A stretch of 63,934 nt of DNA, counting the filler, from Licmophora abbreviata (taxonomy: Eukaryota): the NCBI GenBank assembly GCA_900291995.1. It is 13 parts of 13 records of this genome, joined end to end, with 100 filler letters (N's around TTAATTAATTAA, not from the genome) between each part and the next. Parts side by side here need not be neighbours in the genome. Positions count along the whole stretch, not along the records: positions 43,766 to 49,556 come from OLMU01001446.1; positions 49,657 to 51,978 come from OLMU01001447.1; positions 52,079 to 54,414 come from OLMU01001448.1; positions 54,515 to 57,740 come from OLMU01001449.1; 9 more parts are not named here. The stretch is one strand, 5' to 3'. This document shows positions 46,902 through 57,287 of the stretch, piece after piece; position 1 is the first letter of the stretch, and each line of letters opens with the position of its first letter. The notes beneath the pieces are model-generated. The model was not told the origin of the DNA. It saw nothing but the letters and a program-made list of their open reading frames with translations, and did no database searches. Made by a program: the position numbers and the translations under genes.

Positions 46902-48969
46902 CTACTCATAAATCGGGCAGAATGTCCCCATGCTCTTTTCACAAAACACACCTGGATCGTTGTATCGTCGGTTCGTGTTTAGCAAGCTCAACTGCTTCAT
47001 TTCGAGACCAGTCAGGTAAAAGTCGAACACGTCACGATTTTCCTTCATTCGTTCGACGCGGACCGTCTTTGTGAGCGGTTGTGTGTTTCGCTGCACTGCC
47101 CAACGGAGCAGTACCTGAGCGGGTGTCTTGTTCTTTGCCTCTGCAATTTCCTTCACGGTCTTGTCATGGGTCAGCATTTCCTGTTCGGTGGCCATATCAA
47201 TGGCAACGTACGACGAAGCTCCCAAGGCCGAAAAGGCAGTGACGCGCATTCCTGATTCGCGGGCGAATCGTAGAAGATTGACTTGGGAGTTGTGAGGATG
47301 CAGTTCCACCTGCAACGCTGCTGGACGGATTCGGCAGGTAGATAGAATCTGGCGAAGCATCTGAGTAGAGAAGTTGCACACGCCAATGGTTTTGGAAAGT
47401 CCCTTGTCGACCAAGTCCTCCATGGCCTTCCATGTCAAGCCCATGTCGTTTTTTACCAGAGCCATCCGTCCTTCCTTGTTTGTCCATTCTGGTGGATACT
47501 TCTCGTCAAAGGGGACAAACTCCATCGAAATCGGAAAGTGAATAAGGTATTCGTCCAAGTAGCTTAGTCCCATATCCTGCAGGCTTCTCTCGATTGCCAG
47601 GGGGACATGTTCTGGTCTGTGATAAGTGTTCCAAAGCTTGCTCGTCACGAAAAGTTCGTCTCTGGTACACAGCCCATCCAGGAGGGCTCGAGCGATGCCC
47701 TGGCCAACTTCAGGCTCGTTACCATAATCGCAGGCACAATCCAAACGACGGTATCCAGCTTCAATCGCCTTGTAGCATACGTCTGCGGCATCTTTCTTGG
47801 GAACTTTCCAGAAACCAAAAACGAGAGGATCAGCCGGAGATATGCTTTCGAAAAGCAAACTAGGTAGTACTCCGACATTCACTCCGCTCGGAGTCTGCGA
47901 CAACCGCACCGAATCCTTCAGTCCACCCCAGATCGACGCCAAGACACGTCTTTTGCCTACAAACGGATTGCGACTGTGCATAACAAGCCGGTTGTTGAGT
48001 GCCATAACATCGCCATGCTGCCATGTGTGCAAGATACGATGCGACTGCATAAAGTCAGCAATGCTTTGCAAGGCATTTTCTTGCATTTTGTCGCCGTTCC
48101 CGAAGCGCAACGCGTCGTGACGGTCGTTGCGTGCATCCTGCCAACCCAAATAGGCCGCCACAATGGAGTTGGCAAAGGTCCACTGGAAGACCTGGTTCTG
48201 GTTGTAATCTGTGACTAGGCGCAATGCTGGAACAGGCTCTGTCGTGACGCGGACCGATCCATCCGTTTGCCAATCCCAAGAACAGCCGTCAATGGCAGCG
48301 AGTTTCGTTTCTAGTTCCTCGGGAGAGCTGGCTCCCCAACAATTCTTGTAGGAGCGACCGATGGGTGACGATGGGTCGTCCTCGGCAGGCATGGTGCGAA
48401 TGTACCTTACGCCGTACTGTTTCAGCTTATCTATGAAGTCTGGAAAGTTCTCATTCGCGTATCGATAAACCAGGGTCGAGTCGATGATCGGAGTCTGACC
48501 TCCTTCCTCCGCCGGTGACTCGCAGTAGAAGAACACATATTCGGGCGGTTCAGGGCATTGCGCTAGCTCGTGATGAAAGGGGATCGGTTCCTGGTTGGAT
48601 GAGTTATAAAGTGTGAGGGGTATGACGATATCTCCAGTCGTAGTCCTCATAGCGTGCCGTATAGTGTGGACTTGCCTGTGGCGGACTCTCGTTGGCGGTA
48701 AAGATGATATCCTCGCCGGCGGCTACCGGAATGACCGTTCGAGGAGCAGCTCCACCAATGTACGGATACTTCTTCAGCTCGAGACTGGTTAGGAAGTCAC
48801 CGAAGCGTTCAACGTCAAAGCTTTCCGGGGACGAGCGAAGAAGGAGTGCCTTGTGAGTGTCCAATAGGTCTACAAACTGACGAGGGGACAAAGACGATGA
48901 GTCGTTCATGTCCAGACTCAGAGGAGTGACTGAGTTGCCTTCCAGCAGAGGGAGTGCCGAAAGTTTCAT
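46902..48969 (-). CDS. Fusion of a TauD/clavaminate-synthase-like Fe(II)/2-oxoglutarate dioxygenase and an aldo-keto reductase; GC-AG intron 48591..48675
   Basis: YIGGAAPR, FTANESPPQ|EPIPFHHELAQ (HxE), GGQTP, WQHGDV...NN...MHSR; then GFWKV, GYRRLDCACDYGNE, LFVTSKLWNT, YLIHFP, IGVCNF, QVELHP, TPAQVLLRWAVQR. Confidence 0.92.
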
Positions 48970-49379
48970 GACGTCCAGTGCCACGGGGCGAGAGAGGGAA
49001 GGAGAGATATCCGCGGATGAACCGGAATGCAAGACCGGCTTGAGGCTTGACACCCTCGAAACATCAAATATGGGTTCCGAAAAGTCCACTCGTGTGCCGT
49101 GTGTTCGCTTTCGCGATCGAAGCGGCTTGGGCCAGATTCGTCTACGAAGATTCAGTACCGCCACTACGTAGCAAAACTTCCCGCCAACAAAACGTTTGAC
49201 ACGAAAAAAGTGTCAACTTCAAAAGAAGTTTGAGACATCACCGCATTTGATGTGTATGTTGAGGCTCTCGTCACTTCACGGCGTGGACGACTCTGTTGAT
49301 CTTACTGGCACTTCAGTCTGGAGTTTATCCCGTGTCTTGTCTTTCAGCAGTGAGAACCGACCTCTACTAGCTAGTGGAT

Positions 49380-50410
49380 ATGGCTCCCAACCTCAACGCT
49401 CCACTCGACTATGTCCGTCGCTTTTCATCCGTGGACGCAGCGGATCGAATCACCTGCGCGATTCTGGGATGTGGCATGATGGGCCAAGAGCACATTTCCT
49501 ACATTGTGGGCTATGAGAATTTGAGGCTCCAGTACCTCTGTGATCCACATGAGCCGNNNNNNNNNNNNNNNNNNNNNNNNNNNNNNNNNNNNNNNNNNNN
49601 TTAATTAATTAANNNNNNNNNNNNNNNNNNNNNNNNNNNNNNNNNNNNNNNNNNNNACCCTAGTCGAGAAGTGCTGTCATTTCTTTGATCTCTTTCGTTT
49701 GATTACCGGGAAAGAAGTGACGAAAGGGGGTGTCAAGGCGTTGGTGCAGCGCGGTATCAACTACCAAGAGGAGGATTGTGTGGCAACGACGCCCATTATC
49801 GACTCGGCCTATGTCATGATGCCATTCCGGGAAGAACGCGACAACCCAGGCAGTAACGAAATACCCAAGCGCGCAGTCATTGGTTGCCTTGAGCTGTGTA
49901 TGTACGCCGAAGGAAGTCGACATCAAGAAGAAGTCATTGTGACTGGTACCAGGGTACGCTCTAGGAATCCTGTCGTTCGATAAAATGCACAACTTGTCAC
50001 ACCAAGAACTGACACAACTGCTACTTTCTCCTTTCTTCCAGGGCCGTTTGGAAGCCTATCTCCCAGAAAACAAACTTTTTCATTTTCATAGGCCCAGTGA
50101 GGAGCTCTGGACTGATCGGAGTGTCCCTCCTCCCCCGAGCTCGATCAAGCAAACAGTCTATGACTGCTCAAATGTTAAGGATGTCCACGGCATTGATAGC
50201 GAGCTTCGTATGCCGACTCATGGAGGCTACCATTACAGCTCTACGGCCATAGAGTGGTTTCAGCTCATTTCGGCAATCCACAACTATCGCGAGACTGGGG
50301 TCTGGGTCCCGCAGGTTTCGCTCGAAGATGGCCTGAGGGCTGTCGACATGGGCCTTTGTGCTACCAGTTCCATTCATCATCAGGACAAAGACCATGCACC
50401 TGATAAATGA
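49380..50410 (+). CDS. Gfo/Idh/MocA-family NAD(P)-dependent oxidoreductase (inositol 2-dehydrogenase-like); middle lost in the gap; intron 49954..50041
   Basis: Rossmann ILGCGMMGQEH, LVEKCCHFFDLFRLI, IIDSAYV, LELCMYAEGS, VSLEDGLRAV. Confidence 0.88.
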
Positions 50411-50518
50411 CTTATCCTGCCCTCACCATGTAAAAATTAAGTCCGTTCACGATTTCATGAATTCGTGGAAGTAGCGCAGTCGCTACACGAGCCATTTTGC
50501 AGCTATCATTCGTTTGCA

Positions 50519-52504
50519 TTAGAGCTGCTGAAGCCTCCGAATGGCACCGGTCGTAGACTCCTCTGGCTCACAAGTCATACTGGCCGCTACGTCCTTGCTA
50601 ATCTTCACGCCTTGGCTCTCTAGCATACCCAAAATGTACATACGGTCGAGACCTCTTGGAATGAGCTGGCATTGTCTGGGAATCGTCTCGACCTGCGCTT
50701 GGCCGTTCGCCAAAAGTGGAGGCAAGGCAGACTCGTCCGCAATCGTCAAAGCCCTCGGGTGTGCCAGATTGTGTAGCGCCATGGAGTACCACTTCTGAAC
50801 CCGCTCTTGCTCTTCTTTTTCGGCTTGCGCCAAGGCCACAGCGACTTCGCATCGGTCAGGCACTGTTGTACCAGTCTTTGTTGGACTGGCCGTCCTTTCT
50901 AGTCTTTGTTTGATAAAGGATTTGCGGGAAAAATCCATTGTCTCTTCGCGGAGAGAAAGGAGAGCGTGGTTGGGCTCGCACAAGAATTCCGTTAGGGCCC
51001 AGATGCGTTGGCTCGAAGCAGGCGGGGGCTTGTCCATGTAGAAAACTTGCCCTTCCTTTTCTAGCAGGCAATCTCGGACAGGAACCAGCTCCAAGGACGT
51101 GCGCAACCACGTTTGGGCAGGCATCCAACCAGCTATTCCCCTCTTGCGATGCAATTCGCCCCAAATCAAAGCGACAACGACTGCCATACAGTGCTCCTCT
51201 AGAATCAGCCACTGTCGTAGAGTAGTCTTTCGGTAGTCCTTCCCAGCGGGGAACGTTACCAGAAACTCGCACTTTGCGATTTCAATCGTCCCATGAAAGG
51301 CATGCTCGTCTACAAGAGTCGCGGCGGATATCGGACCCAGATGTGTCGCTCGTCTCCAATCAATAATTCGACCGTGATGATACTGGTTGTCGTTGGGACA
51401 GTATAGTTGAACGGGCTTCCCCACAAGAAATTCTGGTCCGAGAGTCTCGACTTTTTCTGGCACTTCAACTCGAGACGGCGATCCTTTTCCTTGCATTCCT
51501 TTCTGAATATCGCGCATTGCCTCCGATATGCGTTCCAGTTCCGACCTCGGAGTACGAGGCCCGTCGTGCTCGTAAGCTAATACTTGCTGTTTGAGCAGAA
51601 ATTCGACATACTCCCTACTTGTCTCGTAGCTGGCTCGGACTTCGGCCGCGTTGTCAAAGTATACCTTCAGCGGTGCGGTACTTCCGTGCGGGTCACAGTC
51701 GAAACAGTAGAACTTTCCCTCGGGCACCTGGGTCAAGGGAGGGAGGCAGCATGCCATGTGGTATTCGCTACCGCAGCCCTCGCCATCGCACAGGAGAATG
51801 CCATCGTCCTTGAGTTCTTCATTGCGCTCGCCCAAGCACCCGGCACACACTTCTTGTACACGCTTTGGTACTGGTAGCCCGTACATGTGAGTAACGTGCG
51901 GAAGAGTGGCATCGACTGCCGTAACAGTTTCAGCGGAAGATTCGGTGGTCTTTCGTGCTCTTTTCTTGCGAAGCGGCGNNNNNNNNNNNNNNNNNNNNNN
52001 NNNNNNNNNNNNNNNNNNNNNNTTAATTAATTAANNNNNNNNNNNNNNNNNNNNNNNNNNNNNNNNNNNNNNNNNNNNGTATTGGGGGAGGAGGCATTCT
52101 TTTCTTCAGAGGCGACAACTGCGGGGATGACGTTTCCACAGGTGGTGGAGTAGGTGCTGAAGGAGGAGGTTGAGGTTGGACCGGACCAGGGCGTGGATCT
52201 CGAATAGTAGCGGCGACAATAGGTGTTGGAAGAGGCACCCGTTCTTTCAAGTTCGTACATCGTCTCATCTCACACGCCGACTTGCAGTTTCCATGTCCAC
52301 CAAACTTCTTCTGTTAGGGTGTACAATTAGTGTTGACACATAAATTGGTTAGAAGTGAAACATAAAACTGTCTTGTACCCAATGAACCGGCAAGAATCAG
52401 ACCGCACTTACAAACTTGACGCAGCAACGACATGAACCGCAGTCTTCTCTTTTACAGGCTTCGCATTCGCCACACCGGACCCTTGGGGACTTCTTCCCAG
52501 CCAT
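50519..52504 (-). CDS. Chromatin-reader protein: zf-CXXC, Pro-rich linker, PHD finger and a Tudor-like segment; spans a spacer; intron 52311..52411
   Basis: RCGECEACKREDCGSCRCCVKF|KKFGGHGNCKSACEMRRC; CAGC...ILLCDGEGCGSEYHMACCLPPL..VPEGKFYCFDC; LVGKPVQLY...YHHGRI. The join across the gap is inferred. Confidence 0.78.
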
Positions 52505-52865
52505 GGTGTAAACTAATGCAGGACTTTGATTTGATCGAGAATAGTGTCTATTGGAGGCGGATCTTGCCCGTCCGCACAATCGCACAATGCCATTGCCTCT
52601 TTGTGGCGGGTGGCGCGGAGTGGCGTCCCGATTTCGCAACGCTCGTACTTGAGATATCTCTCGTGATGAGCGAAGAACGTTTACTCAACACCAGTGGTTG
52701 AGTCAGATGACCGCTGGGGTGTGTATCGCTCTGAGGCGCTTGGCGACCTCGCGCACCCCGCGTCTTACCGTGTTGGGCATTAAGATTACTATTCTCAATG
52801 CAGCTGGCGCCCGTTCCCCCCTTGGAGTGACCTCTTTCTAGCGGGAGAGTAGAGCATACGAGAGC

Positions 52866-54167
52866 ATGAAGCTGTCTCTCGTTCTCCTTGTTCCAGTACT
52901 CGTGCGACTCCTCGCCGTTCCCACAACAGTGTCCGCCAAACTACGAATCTATGGCGAGCTTCCCGACAAGCCTCTCCTACTGGAAGCTCTCATGACAGTT
53001 GATCTCAACACGCGAACGCCCGTAGCTGAATCCAACAGGCAGTGGATCAACGCAGTCGCGAAGGTCGTCCAGCATGAACAGAGAGCTTCGTCGCGTACTG
53101 GTTCTGTCGCGAACTGGTTCTTCTACACTCTGCTGATGATGGAGGTTCCGTCGCATGCGGTGACGTACCACTTTAGCCGCGGGGATGCGCGTGATATTCT
53201 TCGCCCGCTTTTGAAACGCACACACGGCATCGATCTCGATGATGACACAATTGAAAAGTTATTTTATGATGGCGATATGGGCGTACTTTCGAGCATTTAT
53301 TCAAGCGACGAGGACGGGGACAGAGTCTTGAGTCTTCTGGATTCGAAGCGACAGCTCTACGAAGCTGCCCAGCGTCTTCAGAACATGACTCGTGGGGGTG
53401 TACTGTTGTCTATTGGTCAGACTCCTGCTTATTTAACACATATGATGCGAGCCCTAGAAGCTTCGGAGCGATCCAGCACTGGAACGAGCATCGTCGAACT
53501 TCCCATCTCTGGTCGACCAGACATGGTCTCAGAACCGCTTGACAAGCGACACAAGGCCTACATCTATGATAATATCGTCACACCTGATCGTGAGGCTTTC
53601 TACCGACAGCTCTCTACCGACCAGGGATTCTATCCCAAACGCTTTGGTCCCGACGACAAGATCTATATGTTGGATGTATCCAAGGGACCGTCCGTTGCTC
53701 AGTTTCTCCTGTTTGTCACTCGTTGGTTTCGAGATGAAGGTGTCGCTCTGCCAGACTTATTTCTGGTGCACATGCGAAAGCATACTGACATAATACGACC
53801 CGCCAATCTGACCTGCGGGTACGATTGCTTGATCAATCATCCGCTACCTGAACTGCTGGACCTCAAGATTCACGATAAGCTACGCTTCGATATCGACACA
53901 AAGTTCCTCAACATGGATGATGATCTTGTGGAAACATTTGATACTGTGGAGGGAGACTTGAGAGTGTTGGCCCCTTTCAACGCAATCAACTGGGTCGATC
54001 GCTATAGAACAGCCCTTGCATCGTATCCGACGCCGAAAGCTCGAAAACTATTGGACGAATACTACGACTATGCTATTGGACAGGTGATGACAAGCTGTGA
54101 GGAAGAGAAGGGCGCCGACGAGACTGGTGCTGTCAATATTGCGCCCGATGTGGCCAACGAGTTGTAG
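52866..54167 (+). CDS. Intronless secreted protein of unknown function
   Basis: 433-aa ORF with signal peptide MKLSLVLLVPVLVRLLAVPTTVSA and globular alpha/beta-like composition. Confidence 0.75.
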   Translation: MKLSLVLLVPVLVRLLAVPTTVSAKLRIYGELPDKPLLLEALMTVDLNTRTPVAESNRQWINAVAKVVQHEQRASSRTGSVANWFFYTLLMMEVPSHAVTYHFSRGDARDILRPLLKRTHGIDLDDDTIEKLFYDGDMGVLSSIYSSDEDGDRVLSLLDSKRQLYEAAQRLQNMTRGGVLLSIGQTPAYLTHMMRALEASERSSTGTSIVELPISGRPDMVSEPLDKRHKAYIYDNIVTPDREAFYRQLSTDQGFYPKRFGPDDKIYMLDVSKGPSVAQFLLFVTRWFRDEGVALPDLFLVHMRKHTDIIRPANLTCGYDCLINHPLPELLDLKIHDKLRFDIDTKFLNMDDDLVETFDTVEGDLRVLAPFNAINWVDRYRTALASYPTPKARKLLDEYYDYAIGQVMTSCEEEKGADETGAVNIAPDVANEL

Positions 54168-54514
54168 CTTTGCGGCAACACGTCTACTACCTAGGATCAA
54201 AGGATACTGTTTCGACTTAACGTTCACACCACTTTGCACGCCGTCGCGTAACAGTATGATATGGCTGGAGGATGGATCGAGCTCTCTGATTTGTTTTAGC
54301 TTTGTATGCATACCAGTTACAGTACGACTGCTCTACGGCGTCCGCTCTGATAGGAGCAATAGATCCCCACTTAGCTGTGGTGCCGGCCTTAAGTGGTCCG
54401 AGGTCTCAGCAACGNNNNNNNNNNNNNNNNNNNNNNNNNNNNNNNNNNNNNNNNNNNNTTAATTAATTAANNNNNNNNNNNNNNNNNNNNNNNNNNNNNN
54501 NNNNNNNNNNNNNN

Positions 54515-54812
54515 CAGCATGGCTCTTTCGGTAGACAGCGTTGGGGTATGCCTCCAATATCGCATCCACAACACCTAAAGGGGGACACAGAGCGCATACC
54601 AGGTGCAGAAGAACCAAGCCTCCTCGTGCCTCGTCAGAATACAGAGCAAGCTTTGGACGACGCCGCACTCGTGCGACTACCCGGTCCCAGTCCACCGTAG
54701 TACGATTGTCTTCTTCTTCTTCGCCGCCATGTTTCGTCCAGACGTCCCAAAGCATCAAATACACTGACGGAGGTCTTGAGCGGGATCGTCGAACTCTGTT
54801 TGTCGAGGACAT
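54515..54812 (-). CDS. Ankyrin-like repeat protein, N-terminal part, truncated by the gap
   Basis: DWDRVVARV...P, LLHLVCALCPPLGVVDAILEAYPNAV resembles the ankyrin-like repeats expanded in diatoms. Confidence 0.65.
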
Positions 54813-55078
54813 CGTGGTAGCTGTAGAAGCGGTTAGAGGATCGCTACATCACTGATGCCATTGATGGAGAGAGGTGCGGTCGCTGTGGCGTTCATCTCGT
54901 CGTCACCGCGGCGAGGTGAACACAACTTCCTCGACTCAAATCCCAGTCCCGCACGGAGGCAGGGACGATTCGGGACTCGACTCAAGTGAAACCACAGGAA
55001 AAGTGATGGAAAGTGAGGGCCTGCGACGCGATTGTTTCAATTTGAAATTGGTGCACTTTGCTCTGCGACAATGCGACC

Positions 55079-55846
55079 ATGTTGAAGCTGTTGGAGTCTC
55101 CGCAGCTTCGCAGGGCATACAAGGCTCTTCTGCTTGCTCCTCTACTCGTAAGTACGCTTTCGGGACAGTGCCACTCTCTTTCCCCGTTTACTTCGTTTCG
55201 ATTCGCTCCAAACGGCGTCTGCGTGCAGCCGCAGCTCTTTCGCGACGTGCAGAATAGCGACCGCACGTTTACCATGCGAAATGTGCCCGGCGAAGGGGAT
55301 TGTATGTTTCTTGCCGTGGCACTCGCGACGTTCACCAGTGTGGGCCTGGGAGCGAATGATGTTCTCTTGCGTGCCATATCCAGGGAAACGAGACAGGTTG
55401 TGGCTTCCATCCTCGAGACAAGTGGAAACCTCGTCATTGAAGGCAAACGCCTCGTTCCGGCAAGATCGCTTTTGTTATCTGCATCAAAGCAAGAGGGACT
55501 TAGTCCAGAAGACTATCTCATTTCTCTTCGGAAAGAAGGAACAGAAGGTGGTCTCTACGGAGGAGGTCCAGAGCTGACAGTGTTGGCCAATGTCTTACGG
55601 CGTCCCATTAGCATCTATGAATTAGCCATGGAAGACATGGGCAAGGAGCTCGATACGGAACAGATCATTGGGTGCAAGGGAACGTTTGGTCAGGAGACTT
55701 TTCAGGATCCTCTACATGGCATTCCGGACTCGGCAGTACTGACAACAACACAGCCTGCAGGTGCATACAGCTGGCACTTGCACATTCTCGTAGTGAATGT
55801 TTCGCCATCTGAAAAGCATGCATGCGTTTTGCTGCCACGGTGGTGA
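55079..55846 (+). CDS. OTU-like cysteine protease domain protein with an N-terminal targeting-like sequence
   Basis: VPGEGDCMFLAV (catalytic Cys), YGGGPELTVLANVLRRPISIY, C-terminal KHAC. Confidence 0.8.
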   Translation: MLKLLESPQLRRAYKALLLAPLLVSTLSGQCHSLSPFTSFRFAPNGVCVQPQLFRDVQNSDRTFTMRNVPGEGDCMFLAVALATFTSVGLGANDVLLRAISRETRQVVASILETSGNLVIEGKRLVPARSLLLSASKQEGLSPEDYLISLRKEGTEGGLYGGGPELTVLANVLRRPISIYELAMEDMGKELDTEQIIGCKGTFGQETFQDPLHGIPDSAVLTTTQPAGAYSWHLHILVVNVSPSEKHACVLLPRW

Positions 55847-55898
55847 CACTTATTGCCTCGTTTTCAAGCGAATGTCTTCCAGGCCATCTTAGCGCTCG

Positions 55899-57016
55899 CT
55901 ACGAGTAATTGTTCAGGCGTGATGCGTCTTCAGCTTGTTCTTCTTCGTCGGGGTGATGTCGACTGGGACCGCCATCTTTGGCATTTCGGTGTCGCCGCTG
56001 GAGAAGAAACTCGGACGGACACGGTGCGCCTCCGCCCTCTTCCTTTGGTTCTCGCCGCTTTGCGCCGCTCCAGGCACCCATCGCGCCAAGCTGTGGCGAA
56101 ATGATTGCCATGAGCGCCTTGGGTGGATTTTCCGCAACCTGTTCGGCCACGAGTCGTGCTGCTTCTTGCTCCACTAGATGCAACTGCTTTTGCAGGACTA
56201 GTCTGTTCTCGCCTGACTTGGTGTTGCCACAGAGACGCTTTTTCTGTTCCACGAGGAACTGAAGGAGTTTTACGATAAGGGCGAGCGTGAGTCATATACA
56301 GTTCTCAGACGTAGGGTTTGAGTTTCTGGAGACAGACGTACCTTCCCCATGACATTGAGGTCCTCCTTTGCCAGTGAGCCACTCGTGTTGTGTATTTTAC
56401 CCCCAAACTGACAAATGAGCCTGTCGGTGCCATCATTCTGTGAATCTATTGAACACGACATTCGGGCGGTCTGGTGAGCATGCGTCAAACCTATGATGGC
56501 ACGCCACGCATTGTCATACCTTTCCGCAATTGACTTACCCACAAGGTGTAAACATGGCCAGTCTTCGATCAGTCGTTCCTCTTCGTCCAGAAGCGTTGAA
56601 CCATTCCAAAATATGCCAAACTCCAAGTCAGGATATGATCTCAGAAGGGGCAGCAAGGATGCTACCGCCGCGCCTTGTCCGACCCCGAGAATCCCACAAA
56701 ATGGCATTGTATTCCAAACTTGCCGAAGATGAAGAAGACTCGCATCTAATCCAACGTATTGTTGACTTTTGTCCTGGGATTCTTCCCACCAGACGTAGTC
56801 TTCTGGCTGCTCATCACGAGGTAATTGCGTCCTTCCAACGACAGAGGAAGATCGCAGAGGCGAATTCACGTACACGAGCTCAATACCGTGCTTTTCGTAT
56901 AGTCTCTTGTCCAATTCATGCAGTTTCAGATGTAATACGCCGGCAGACGAGTGGCCGTCGTGCAAACAGAGCACATGAAGCGACGCGGTAGTAGGCTGTC
57001 CGTAAGAGTCCGTCAT
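55899..57016 (-). CDS. FSH1/OVCA2-like serine hydrolase fold protein lacking the nucleophile Ser, probably 2 introns
   Basis: VLCLHDG, LVYVNSP, WW, GLDASL, GILGVGQGAAVASLL, PCLHLV. The last exon encodes a coiled coil and GGGAPCPSEF. Confidence 0.7.
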
Positions 57017-57287
57017 GGTCGAAGCTCGGCGCCGCCGCCAAAAATCGAAAATTGCCGAAAAATGAAATTTGAAATTCTCGTGCGACAGGATGGGAGGTTT
57101 TACTGTTCGAGAACTGAGCATAGCATTGTACAATTCCTACCAGTGACTACTATCGGATATCGAGCTATGAGCTCTCATGTCGCTTTCCAAAATCCACTAT
57201 CTTCCTCAAACCGTCGAATGGTGCGTATGCTCACAGTCTATGCAGCAGTCCAGTTGCAGTGCATCGGTCGTTTCGTCCAAGAAAGCC

